Assembly (NCBI GenBank): GCA_965219855.1
Contig: CBDCOR010000010.1
Coordinates: 144,164-208,163 of the forward strand
From: Acidobacteriota bacterium
Lineage (GTDB): Bacteria; Acidobacteriota; UBA6911; RPQK01; JAJDTT01
DNA length: 64,000 nucleotides
Direction: 5' to 3'
Made by a program: the position numbers and the translations under genes. A model generated the notes under the pieces. It saw only the letters and a list, made by a program, of their open reading frames with translations. It did no database searches and was not told where the DNA came from. Shown in pieces: positions 9,058 to 18,242 of this stretch. Position 1 is the stretch's first letter. Every line of letters begins with the position of its first letter.

Positions 9058-10929
9058 CCCAAAAGAAGTGGATGAAAGTGGACTAAACCACATGTAAACA
9101 CCTGAAATGCCAGACCTGACGGGTATTCTGGGGTTGTCAAAGAAACTTCAGAACAAGCCGAAAGGAGGCATTTCAGGTGAAGAAAAAGGATAGCGCAATC
9201 ATCCGCAAACGGGAAGCAGAGGTTGCTCAGCGATTGAGCCCCAGCTGGAACGGTCAAGACCCGAAACCGGTGCTCTCGCCCGAGGTCATCAGCTACGAGG
9301 TCTCGGAGAAAACGGGTGCGGTCAGTTACGGTGGTCTGGGGCTGCTGCAGCAGGTGGTGAAGTGGAGTGGGCTGGGGAAAGCCATTGACCCAGGCGGTGA
9401 CGCTGCTCAAACGCCACCAACCGTACCACGAATCGGACCACGTCCTGAGCCTGATCTACAACGTGGCCACGGGCGGGACCCGCTATCAGGATATTGAACT
9501 GCGACGTCAGAGTGTGAGTTTCCTGGAGGCGGTGGGAGCCGAGAAGATCCCCGCCCCCAGCACGGCCGGAGACTTTGTGCGCCGCTTTGACGCGCCCGAC
9601 GTGGTGGATCTGATGGAAGCCGTCAATGCCAGCCGCCTCAAGGTCTGGGCCCAACAACCGGCCCGTTTCTTCCAACGGGCGGAGATCGACGTGGATGGGA
9701 CGATGGCCCCCACGAGCGGCGAATGCAAGGAAGGGATGGAGATCAGCTACGACGGGCAGTGGGGCTATGCGCCGCTGATCGTGACGCTGGCCAATACGGG
9801 AGAGGTGCTCTATGCGGTCAACCGCTCGGGCAACCGTCCCTCTCATGAGGGAGCGGCCGAATGGCTGGATCGGAGTATCGAGCTGGTTCGAGAGGCGGGT
9901 TTTCGGAAGGTGCGCCTGCGCGGGGACACGGATTTTTCGCTGACGGCTCATTTTGACCGTTGGACGGAGGCGGGGCGTGGGAGTTTGACTTCGGGATCGA
10001 CGCCCATCCGAGCTTCGTCAAGTGGGCGGAGGCGTTGCCAGAAGCGAGATGGAAAGAGCTGGGGCGCCCCAGCCAGGGGAAAGGAAAAGGGAAGAAGCGG
10101 CGCCAGCGGCGGGACAAAGTGAAGCCGGAGATTGTCAAGAGACGCGGGTTCAAGACGCTGACGCTGGAACGGGAAGAGATCGCGGAGATCGACTACCGTC
10201 CGAGCAAAGCGAAGCGAACCTATCGGATGGTGATCTTGCGCAAGACGATCCTGGTCGAGAAAGGCCAGAAGCGGCTGCTGCCGCAGACGCGCTACCACTT
10301 TTATGTCACCAATATCTCGGCCAGAACGTTGGGAACGGCGGGAGTCGTACGGGAAAACAACCGGCGCTGCAACCAGGAGAACGTCATTGAACAACTCAAG
10401 AACGGAGTCGAGGCCCTGCGGATGCCCTCGGATACGCTGGTAGCCAACTGGGCCTATCTGGTGATTGCGGCTCAAGCCTGGAATCTGAAGGCCTGGATGG
10501 GGTTGGTGCTGCCGGCGCGACTGCAAGCCCGAGAGCTGGTGAAGATGGAGTATCGCCGTTTCCTGCGAGAGGTCATTGAAATGCCCTGCCAGATTTTGCG
10601 CAGGGGCCGACAGTTGGTCTATCGGCTGCTGGATGTCAATGGTTGGAGCCGTCTTCTCTTGGAAGGCAGTAAGTGGTTGAAACACCGGCCAGCTACCTGA
10701 AACTGAAAGGAGATAAAGTAGCTCCGAGGGTCGCCAGAGCTGGGGCGAGGTGTCTCTACAAACGCCCCCCAAGAGGGCAGAATCGTTTTCCCTGAGCGAT
10801 CGGCGTGGAGGACAGCTGAACACGTGCCTGTTCTGAGTGACTTCGCGCCGAAATTTAGAATTTAGGTCTCCAAAATGGCTCCTCGGAGCCGACAAAGGGG
10901 TCTATTTTCGAACTTGCGCTTATTTTGGG
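9058..10929 (+). mobile_element. IS1380-family element, copy B, in direct tandem with copy A (6-bp spacer ACTAGA); degenerate
   Basis: Same ends as A. The transposase reading frame is broken by a +1 indel near 9391 and another near 9975 (three partial ORFs 9177..9497, 9367..10122, 9960..10700). Confidence 0.8.
9177..10700 (+). pseudogene. IS1380 transposase pseudogene (two frameshifts)
   Basis: The protein segments are identical to copy A except at the frameshift points. Confidence 0.75.
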
Positions 10930-11038
10930 ACTAGAAGCCCGCAGTGTAGAGAACACGTAGCGTCTTACTTGACGAAAATGATCAAGAATGGGAGCGCGCC
11001 GTATCTATGGAAGTAGGTAGTACCAACACCCCCAGCAC

Positions 11039-11069
11039 TGTAAGCGGACACTTGGTTTTGTGACAACGG
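11039..11069. repeat. Solo copy of the IS inverted repeat TGTAAGCGGACACTTGGTTTTGTGACAACGG
   Basis: 30/31 identity with 4544-4574. No transposase adjacent. Lies between IS1380 copy B and the gpD terminator. Confidence 0.5.
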
Positions 11070-11107
11070 TTCCACCTTTTAAAAGGCCCGAATAAGCTCC
11101 TTAAATC

Positions 11108-12085
11108 TCATTTTGAGGCCGGCGTTTCGGCCTCAACCCGGGTGGTGTAGCCGCTGCTGGTGAGTTCATGGGTGATTTGGGTGGCGATCCACTCTCCGTC
11201 GACTCCCCTCCTGAAGTCAGACAGCGTCAACTTAGCCTCGGCGGCCAGGGTGGGATCACCAGGCTTCAACGTCAGGTTGATGGTCGCTAATCCTCGGGTT
11301 AAGGCGTTGAATTTGGCTTGGGCGGCAGCCCGAGCTTCTTCTGCCGTGGGATAGGTATGGCGCAAGGTAAAGACCGGCTCCCCATCACCCACGCGCTCGG
11401 TCACTTGCTGACCCGCTTCCACGTCCTGCCAATGGGCCAGGACCGCCCGAAACTCTCCCCGATCCGCCAGGGTGACCCGGTGGTCGCTTGTCTGGGTGCG
11501 ATGAATCGACACGGCCTTGGTGGCCTGCCCACTGGCGCTCTGGGCCTGGCCGTGGGGGACGAAGAGCACATAGGGTCCAGCCGGCTTGCCGACGGCATCG
11601 TATTGATTGCCGAGCCGCGTCAGGAAGTGCAGGTCGGATTCCTCGGTCTGGTCGATATGAGGGATGCGGATCGCGCCGAGCGCCGGTTCCACGCGAGGTT
11701 TCAGTCTGTGCTCCTGGGCGATCGTGGAAACCACCTCATCGAGAGTGGTATCCGACCAGGCGCGGGTCTTGTGCTGTTTCAGGTTGGATTTCATATCGAC
11801 GGCCTTGGCCTGGATGGTGAGGGTGTCGGGCGGACCGGCCAGTTCGATCTCATCGACGATGTAGAGTCCCATTTGGGCCAGCCCCCGTTCTTCGTATCCC
11901 AGTGAGACCTCCAGTTTGGCTCCCTTGCGGGGCAGTTCGATCCGGCCCTCCCGGTCATCTAGGCGAAGGGAGACGGTATCGGATTGATAGCCGGCCTCGT
12001 CGGTCAGAGTCAGGGAAAGCAATCGGTCTCGGATGGCGTCGGTGATGTCGCGCTGATCGGCCAGGATGCGGTAGGCGGGACGCAT
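11108..12085 (-). CDS. Phage P2 gpD-like tail protein (late control gene D family)
   Basis: DQRDITDAIRDRLLSLTLTDEAG...IRIPHIDQTEESDLHFLTRLGNQYDAVGKPAGP...WIATQITHELTSSGYTTRVEAE aligns motif-for-motif with P2 D (DGRDITD, IPHIDQxxESD, FLTRL, WxITxVTHxL). The stop is followed by the hairpin GAGGCCGAAACGCCGGCCTC plus an A-rich tail. Confidence 0.85.
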   Translation of the reverse strand: MRPAYRILADQRDITDAIRDRLLSLTLTDEAGYQSDTVSLRLDDREGRIELPRKGAKLEVSLGYEERGLAQMGLYIVDEIELAGPPDTLTIQAKAVDMKSNLKQHKTRAWSDTTLDEVVSTIAQEHRLKPRVEPALGAIRIPHIDQTEESDLHFLTRLGNQYDAVGKPAGPYVLFVPHGQAQSASGQATKAVSIHRTQTSDHRVTLADRGEFRAVLAHWQDVEAGQQVTERVGDGEPVFTLRHTYPTAEEARAAAQAKFNALTRGLATINLTLKPGDPTLAAEAKLTLSDFRRGVDGEWIATQITHELTSSGYTTRVEAETPASK

Positions 12086-12291
12086 CAGTCCCAGAGCCTC
12101 ACGGTGTCGATGCTTTGGTTGGGCTGAGGCAGATCGGGCAGTTCGATCACAAGACCGGCTGGCAGGAGGGGACCGGCCTCGGCCAAGCCAGGATTGGCCT
12201 TGAGCACGGCCTCCACGGCTCCGGCCTGCTGGCCGTAGTGACGCCAGCAGATCCAGTCCAGCATGTCCCCCTCCTTGGTGCGGTAGCGCAT
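12085..12291 (-). CDS. Phage tail protein X (P2 gpX, LysM-like), 68 aa
   Basis: MRYRTKEGDMLDWICWRHYGQQAGAVEAVLKANPGLAEAGPLLPAGLVIELPDLP resembles P2 gpX (GDTLDAICVRYYG...VLAANPGLAELGAVLPHGTAVELPDV). Its stop overlaps the gpD start. Confidence 0.8.
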   Translation of the reverse strand: MRYRTKEGDMLDWICWRHYGQQAGAVEAVLKANPGLAEAGPLLPAGLVIELPDLPQPNQSIDTVRLWD

Positions 12292-12560
12292 CAGTCCTTC
12301 GCCTGCAGTCGCGTGAGACCCTGGGGAGTCAGGACGCAGTTGCGGAAACCATAGGGGTATCGGGGCTCCCCGACATCGATATAGCCCTCCTCCTCCAGCC
12401 ACCCGATGGTGGCGTAAGCGAGTTGGCCCTCTCGGCAATAATGGCTATTCCTAAACCCGCTAATCTGATCCACATCGAGGTCGATCTTGAGGGGAAAGCT
12501 CTCGTGGAGCCGGGCTAAGATAATGGACTCGTACGCGGTGAAACGATCGATATTTCTCAT
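12291..12560 (-). CDS. Hypothetical 89-aa protein inserted between gpU and gpX (translationally coupled)
   Basis: MRNIDRFTAYESIILARLHESFPLKIDLDVDQISGFRNSHYCREGQLAYATIGWLEEEGYIDVGEPRYPYGFRNCVLTPQGLTRLQAKD. Start and stop overlap the neighbouring genes. No family recognised (possibly a winged-helix-like small protein). Confidence 0.45.
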   Translation of the reverse strand: MRNIDRFTAYESIILARLHESFPLKIDLDVDQISGFRNSHYCREGQLAYATIGWLEEEGYIDVGEPRYPYGFRNCVLTPQGLTRLQAKD

Positions 12561-12832
12561 TTCTTGTCCTCTCCGTAGCGGGCGAGTTTCAGCCGAAATT
12601 CCACCTGACGGGGCGAGCCGTCGGCGTAGAAGACGCTCTGGGTTTCCTCGACCCGGGTAATGACCCACTGGCCCCAGACTCGTCCGGCGCTGTCATTTAA
12701 AAGCAGCGGCGTCCCTTTCTCCGCCTCCTGGCGCATCCGGTCGAGCTGTCCCAGGCCTCCGCGAAAGGACGGGTAGATCATGCCATTCAGGGTGATCTCC
12801 TCTCGTCCAGGCGTCGATCCCAGCGAAATCAC
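12557..12832 (-). pseudogene. Phage tail protein U (P2 gpU family), 5'-truncated (C-terminal ~90 aa only)
   Basis: ...EEITLNGMIYP...GQWVITRVEETQSVFYADGSPRQVEFRLKLARYGE matches the gpU C-terminal region. The N-terminal ~40 aa is missing. The upstream region overlaps the 5' end of plus-strand gene 12780..13826. Confidence 0.6.
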
Positions 12833-13826
12833 TTGGGTGCGGTCCTGGAGCGCGGACTTCCCCGATCACCACACGGTCGATTTTACGGCCGATCCAATCG
12901 ACACCAGCTTCCAGACCTGGTACGTCGACAGGCCGCTGGAGTGGAGACCAGTCCACACCCTCCCCGAGACGCCGGAGGAATGTAGCTTCCGTGAGCCAGC
13001 CGCCTTCCTCAACCGAGACGGAAATTTGGAACTGTTCTTGAGCTCTAATCGGGCCAGGAGCTGGTCGATTTGGCACACGACTCTGACCGATATCGATCCG
13101 CCCGCCTGGGAAGAGTTACGAGAGGTCACGTCGGCCCCCTACTCGCAGCGCGATCCCTACCCGATAGCCACCTCCGCTGGAACCTTGCTTCTCTACCGCT
13201 CGGACGAGAGTGTCCGTTACACCAGCCAGGTTTACCGGGCCACGGAAACGCTTGATGTTCGCTACGCCGGATCGACCACCGTCGACACGCGAAACGTAGC
13301 CGGTATCGCCCTGCGGGAGCGATTCGATGACTTCCAGTCCTATGTCTACGACGTCGGAGAAAATGGCCAACGTGGCGATCGCAACTGGTATGCGCGCGAC
13401 ACCGTGGGTATTTATCTGAACCCCGATACCGACGACGAACAGATCATCAGCCGCAACCGGAATCTCATCCACAGCGTGTTGAGACAGTTCCTTCCCAGTC
13501 AGGTGCGCGTGGTCTTTATCATCCCCATCGTCTCCCGCGAACAGGTCTACACCTACGACTTTCCGGATACTGAACCGCAGCGGCTGATCGGGGAGCAGTT
13601 TTTCGACAGCCTTGACACCAGTGCGGCCGACGACTATTCCGGGTTCACCGACGAGTACCAGGACGGGATCGCCGACTGGGTATGGATCCGCTCCTGGAGT
13701 CTCGATGCGCCAAATCATCACAGCGTAGATTTCACGGCTGATCCCATCGATACCAACTTCCGTACCGTACACATTGGGCTGCAAGCTCTGGGACAAGACA
13801 ACCTGTCAGAGGAAGAAGTGGGGTAG
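12780..13826 (+). CDS. Hypothetical protein with homologous ~30-aa N- and C-terminal repeats (W-x-RSWS-x-D-x-P-x-HH-x-VDFTADPIDT-x-F)
   Basis: Codon-like amino-acid composition (W/Y/D-rich); the antisense 226-aa ORF is G/V-rich junk. Repeat 1 lies at ~12826-12925 and repeat 2 at ~13672-13775 (~70% nt identity). The start is uncertain; the ATG at 12780 overlaps the gpU remnant. Confidence 0.5.
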   Translation: MPFRVISSRPGVDPSEITWVRSWSADFPDHHTVDFTADPIDTSFQTWYVDRPLEWRPVHTLPETPEECSFREPAAFLNRDGNLELFLSSNRARSWSIWHTTLTDIDPPAWEELREVTSAPYSQRDPYPIATSAGTLLLYRSDESVRYTSQVYRATETLDVRYAGSTTVDTRNVAGIALRERFDDFQSYVYDVGENGQRGDRNWYARDTVGIYLNPDTDDEQIISRNRNLIHSVLRQFLPSQVRVVFIIPIVSREQVYTYDFPDTEPQRLIGEQFFDSLDTSAADDYSGFTDEYQDGIADWVWIRSWSLDAPNHHSVDFTADPIDTNFRTVHIGLQALGQDNLSEEEVG

Positions 13827-13830
13827 CGAC

Positions 13831-14358
13831 ATGGAGAGACTAGGAGCCTCGATCAAGGGGATCTATCGGGATGTTTTGAAAAGACGAGGCGACCGCACCG
13901 TCCACGACAGCGGGTGGCTCTCCAACGCCATCATGGACCGAGGACGGGTGCTGCTCGCCGGGTTTCTCAAGAACGATTCTCCCAGCGGCATTCGGTTCCT
14001 GGCCGTCGGCCAGGGACTGGAGAATTGGGACGTAGATGAGGCACCGCAACCGGATCCGACTGCCAGCGACCTGGTCAATCGACACTCGCCGCCCGTCCCG
14101 GTTTCAAGGCTGAATCTTGTCTATCTCAGCCCCAGCGATGGGGTGGTAACCGAGCCGACCAACCGATTGCAGATCACCGCGACACTGGAGCCAGGATATC
14201 CCGAGATCGCGCCACCCGCAGTGACTTTTCCCCTTCGAGAGTTCGCCCTCTTCGGCTCGTTCGGAGGTATGGATTTCATGATCAACAACGTGCGGCACCC
14301 GGTCATCCACAAAGACGCCTCGGCCACGCTGATCCGAGTAATTCGGCTATATTTCTAG
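13831..14358 (+). CDS. Hypothetical protein (176 aa), co-operonic
   Basis: ATG 5 nt after the upstream stop. MERLGASIKGIYRDVLKRRGDR...FPLREFALFGSFGGMDFMINNVRHPV. No family recognised. Confidence 0.5.
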   Translation: MERLGASIKGIYRDVLKRRGDRTVHDSGWLSNAIMDRGRVLLAGFLKNDSPSGIRFLAVGQGLENWDVDEAPQPDPTASDLVNRHSPPVPVSRLNLVYLSPSDGVVTEPTNRLQITATLEPGYPEIAPPAVTFPLREFALFGSFGGMDFMINNVRHPVIHKDASATLIRVIRLYF

Positions 14359-14464
14359 AAATGCGCTTGGAGGTTCAAGAATGTTGAGTATCGAAGAGGT
14401 CAATCAGAAGTCGGGAGTTGGAAGCCGTCTACAAACTCAGTGGTAAATCGGCAGGAGAGCAGCC

Positions 14465-15703
14465 ATGGGTAACTTTTCCAGAGATACGTTTGACAGATTG
14501 AAGCGCTACGTTGGGGTACGTCTGCAGCAGGGCGTGCCGATTGTGGACGCCGACTGGAACGAGATGGAGGACATTTGCAAGTATGAGCTGCGGGCTTTCA
14601 TCAGGTGGTTCCTTGGCGATGGGGTCCCCGAAGGCAACGGCGGATTTGCCATTGGCGCCGTCGGAGACAGCAACGATTTCAGCATTCGCGGGGGCGACGC
14701 CACCGCGGAAGGGGCAGGACACTGCTTGGTCGATGGGTGGGACGTCATCAATGTGAGTCCCCTTCGCTACGCCGAACAGATCCTCTTGGGCAATCCCAGC
14801 CTCGCCAATGACTGGGGAGTCGATCCAGTTCCGCCTCTAACGACGCCCGGTGCAAATCGAAACGACCTGGTCTACCTGGACGTCTGGGAGCGGGAAGTGG
14901 ACTCTACCGAGGACTCCGACTTGATCAATCCTGCCATCGGCATCGAGACTGCCGTTCGCCTGAAGCGGGAATGGGCTGTGCGCGTCGTGGAAGGATCAAC
15001 CACGCTGCCAGCACCAGGGGCAGGGCATGCCTTCTATGCCCTGGCCATGCTGCGACGTACTGGGGGAAACGCCGACATCGGTGCCGGGGCGATCGAGGAC
15101 CTTCGAAGGACGGGGCTAAACCTGGCTACGCTAGAAGCGGAAGTAGCCGCGGTCGAGGCCGAGATTGCCGATGCTCGAGGGACCAGGGTGAACCTTGGCA
15201 ACCGTCTCGACCAGTCTTTGGCAGCCGGTGGAGCCCTGCGGCAGAATGTGGTCGGTAACCAGCAGGTACCAGACGGAGGGCTGAGCGAAAGCAAGATCCA
15301 GTTTTCGGCGACTGGCCACGACCACAGTGGCGGTGGCAGCGGGAACCTGATCAGCACGAGTGGACTTGCGGATGATGCGGTTACAGAGCAAAAAGTCAAC
15401 TTCGAGATCGTAAACACCGGTACCATAGCTGACCTGGATCCCGGAGAGACACAAGAACGACTGGTCAATGACGAATATGACGGTAGACTCTATTTCCCCG
15501 CGCTTACCAACATCGAAGTGGACCCCCCAGCGGAGGGTAGTACGACCGCCAATGTAACCGCGCAGCTGGTTTATAGGAGAGTTGAGATCAGCGGAGAAGC
15601 TCCCTCCGAGAAATCCGCGGTACTTCTTCGCGTGACCAGTGATGCGGGTAATACTGGGCCCGCCGATGTAACCTGGCACGTGTATGCTTTTGGTGAGGAG
15701 TAG
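14465..15703 (+). CDS. Hypothetical fibre-like structural protein (412 aa) with a conserved N-terminal motif, a central coiled coil and C-terminal beta-rich region
   Basis: SD AGGAGAG before the ATG. N-terminus MGNFSRDTFDRLKRYVGVRLQQGVPIVDADWNEMEDI (I recall similar N-termini in uncharacterised phage-tail/baseplate-associated proteins; unverified). Central LATLEAEVAAVEAEIADARG heptads. SATGHDHSGGGSG follows. Confidence 0.55.
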   Translation: MGNFSRDTFDRLKRYVGVRLQQGVPIVDADWNEMEDICKYELRAFIRWFLGDGVPEGNGGFAIGAVGDSNDFSIRGGDATAEGAGHCLVDGWDVINVSPLRYAEQILLGNPSLANDWGVDPVPPLTTPGANRNDLVYLDVWEREVDSTEDSDLINPAIGIETAVRLKREWAVRVVEGSTTLPAPGAGHAFYALAMLRRTGGNADIGAGAIEDLRRTGLNLATLEAEVAAVEAEIADARGTRVNLGNRLDQSLAAGGALRQNVVGNQQVPDGGLSESKIQFSATGHDHSGGGSGNLISTSGLADDAVTEQKVNFEIVNTGTIADLDPGETQERLVNDEYDGRLYFPALTNIEVDPPAEGSTTANVTAQLVYRRVEISGEAPSEKSAVLLRVTSDAGNTGPADVTWHVYAFGEE

Positions 15704-15708
15704 AAACG

Positions 15709-16233
15709 ATGAATCAGAGAAGACTTGTCTGGAGGGCCTTGAAAGAGGCCGGCGTGGTGGACTCGGATGATCCAAAAGTGCAGGATTTCCTGCAACACAT
15801 GCGTAACAATCCGGCACGCTGCTGGGCCGACCTCGTTTCCGATTTTCGTGCGAAACACTATGATATCTTCGACAAGGTCGTGCCGGCGTTGCAATCGTTC
15901 CAGGATCCGGCCATCCGAAACGCCTTGATCAAGTTCTGCAGTAGTAGCAAGGCCAAGGAGAAGCAACTGCTCACCAAAATTGCCAGCGACACCGATCTCG
16001 ACCAGGACCCGCTCGCCGGGAAGCGCCTACGAGGAATAAAGATCAAGCCTGTCCAGGACGTGATCAAGGTCTGGGACCAGAAGCATAAGGTCGAGGAACT
16101 GAAGCAACAGGCTGAGGCTGGAGCAGGGCGGAAAGCCGCCTCTCTGAAACGCGAGGCCAGGGAGCAGGCGCGGAAAGTGAAGGCGGCGGCGAAGCGCCTG
16201 CAGCTAACGAAAATGAGGATCCCAAGCGTGTAG
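15709..16233 (+). CDS. Hypothetical protein (174 aa), Lys/Ala-rich C-terminus
   Basis: Start is 6 nt after the previous stop. MNQRRLVWRALKEAGVVDSDDPKVQDFLQHMRNNPARCW... Confidence 0.45.
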   Translation: MNQRRLVWRALKEAGVVDSDDPKVQDFLQHMRNNPARCWADLVSDFRAKHYDIFDKVVPALQSFQDPAIRNALIKFCSSSKAKEKQLLTKIASDTDLDQDPLAGKRLRGIKIKPVQDVIKVWDQKHKVEELKQQAEAGAGRKAASLKREAREQARKVKAAAKRLQLTKMRIPSV

Positions 16234-16615
16234 AAACACGGGAAGGGAATATCGCTTGGTGACTAGCGTTTTGGGGGCTGTCAGCGCAAAGGAGGGTCGA
16301 AAACAGGTTGGCGTTCGAGTGGAGGGCTACCGTTCCAGCATACTAGAAATAAATGTTGGAGCCAAACGGGAAAAGGCGGACCTCCGTACCTCTCAACAAC
16401 AGAGGTGCGGGAGGGATGGTGGTTAGAAACTGCAATTAATGCACCCACCGGAACTCCCGCTCCTTTCAACAAGCGAGGTTAGGGAACGATGGCAAAACAT
16501 CGGCCGGAAGTCCCGAAGGTGAAAAGCGCTTGCCCTCCCCTCGAAGGCCAACCTGAAACCTCAAGAAAGGGTCGCAGTTCTTTGAACATCCCGGCCATAG
16601 TTGACTCCTTCTCTG

Positions 16616-16667
16616 GGAGCCTGTCCGAGTAATGATGCGGGTTGCGACCATTACTCGGACAGGCTCC
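16616..16667. terminator. Perfect 19-bp-stem hairpin (GGAGCCTGTCCGAGTAATG ... CATTACTCGGACAGGCTCC) abutting the aminotransferase stop codon
   Basis: Exact inverted repeat with a 14-nt loop. Located between convergent genes (15709..16233 plus and 16667..18037 minus). No U-tract. Confidence 0.5.
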
Positions 16668-18037
16668 TAGGCTAATTGGGCGATGATTTTTTCTCGCACC
16701 AGAGTCCGGATCGTATCTTCAAAGGTATTGAGGGTCTCATTGATGTCTTCTTCCGTATGGGCGGCGGAGGTTACACCTGCCGTGTAGGAGAGAACCTCAA
16801 CACCCCTGATTTGGAGGTTCTGTTGAAAGGCGGAAACAACATCTCCCGGTATCCCCTTCAGCCGGACAGCATCGGTGGTTCTGAGTGCATCGCGATCCCT
16901 GGCGCCCGAACCGGGGTAAGCTTCCAGGTAAACATGGAAGCCGGAAGAGTATCCGAAAGCATATCCGGCAACCCGCTCCCTTTCCAGAATCTCCTCCATG
17001 CCGTCGCGAAGCAGGGTGGCCATGCGGTCGGCCTGGGCCTGGGGTTGGCCGGTTGCGACTTGTTTCAAGGTGGCCATCCCGGCCGCCGCCGAAAGGGGGT
17101 TGGCGTTGAACGTACCCAGATGCTGGATCCTCTCGTATCGATCATGTTGGGGGTCTCCGGTGTAGTCGAACAGACTCATGATGTCTGTCCGACCCACCAA
17201 GGCTCCGCCTGGGAGTCCACCGGCCATGATCTTTCCCAGGATGCTCATGTCGGGTGTTATGCCGACCAGTCCTTGATAGCCGCCCGGACTGTATCGAAAG
17301 CCCGTGATGACTTCGTCGTAGATTAGCAGCACCCCATGATCGGCGGTCAAGCGACGTAGTGCGCGGTTGAAGTCCACACTCAAAGGGACTCGACCCCAGG
17401 ACGCGCCGGACGGTTCCAGCATGACCACGGCGATGTCGGGATCGCCGCGGAGCGTCTCCTCGACAAGGTCCAGATCGGCCGGAATCACCACAATAGTGTC
17501 CAGGGTGGCAGCAGGTATGCCGGCTGAGACCGAAGTGTCGAAGGGAGCCATGGCGCCTTTGCCAACGTAGTCGTGCCAGCCGCTGAAATGGCCCTCAAAG
17601 CGGAGCACCTTGGTGCGTTCTGTGAATGCCCGAGCAACTCGCAAGGCCAGCATCGACGCTTCCGTCCCGGAATTGACGAAACGCACGCGCTCGGCTGAAG
17701 GAATCAACTGCTGGATCAAGCCGGCCCACTCAACCTGAAGCGGATGATCCATCCCAAAGTGAAGCCCGTTGCCCAGCACGTTTCGGACCGCATCCAGTAC
17801 CTCGGGAGGGGAGTGGCCCAGCAAACAGGCCCCGTTTCCCATGCCATAGTCGATATACTCGTTTCCATCTGCGTCCCACATGCGCGACCCGAGGGCATGC
17901 TCAATGTAGCGGGGGAAGGGAGGCGTAAATCTCATATCGTGGCCTACGCCTCCGGCAGTGTTGTTTTTCGCCCGGTCGAAAAGTTCTCTGCATTGGGGAC
18001 GCTGCTCGACGTAGGTTGTCAACCAACTATCCGACAT
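16667..18037 (-). CDS. Class-III (omega-type) aminotransferase, glutamate-1-semialdehyde 2,1-aminomutase-like
   Basis: ...LLIYDEVITGFRYSPGGYQG..., GTEASMLALRVARAFT, and the PLP-lysine region. Start assigned to the ATG at ~18037 (MSDSWLTTYVEQ...) with the SD GGGAGAGG. The upstream part of the 514-aa ORF is probably non-coding. Confidence 0.8.
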   Translation of the reverse strand: MSDSWLTTYVEQRPQCRELFDRAKNNTAGGVGHDMRFTPPFPRYIEHALGSRMWDADGNEYIDYGMGNGACLLGHSPPEVLDAVRNVLGNGLHFGMDHPLQVEWAGLIQQLIPSAERVRFVNSGTEASMLALRVARAFTERTKVLRFEGHFSGWHDYVGKGAMAPFDTSVSAGIPAATLDTIVVIPADLDLVEETLRGDPDIAVVMLEPSGASWGRVPLSVDFNRALRRLTADHGVLLIYDEVITGFRYSPGGYQGLVGITPDMSILGKIMAGGLPGGALVGRTDIMSLFDYTGDPQHDRYERIQHLGTFNANPLSAAAGMATLKQVATGQPQAQADRMATLLRDGMEEILERERVAGYAFGYSSGFHVYLEAYPGSGARDRDALRTTDAVRLKGIPGDVVSAFQQNLQIRGVEVLSYTAGVTSAAHTEEDINETLNTFEDTIRTLVREKIIAQLA

Positions 18038-18242
18038 TGGCCTCTCCCGTGTGTTTCCGTTGTATGACGGTGCCCAGAATACCGTGAAAGCTTCGCGATT
18101 GCGACTCCACGCGCTTGTAGGGCTTGTAGGGGCGACCGTGTCCGAACCGGTATCCGTAAACGTGCCCTTGCCAGACGTGTAATCAGGCAGAATGCTTGGC
18201 TTGATTGCCACTCTTAAGCTATCTTCAATTTAGAGATCAGTT

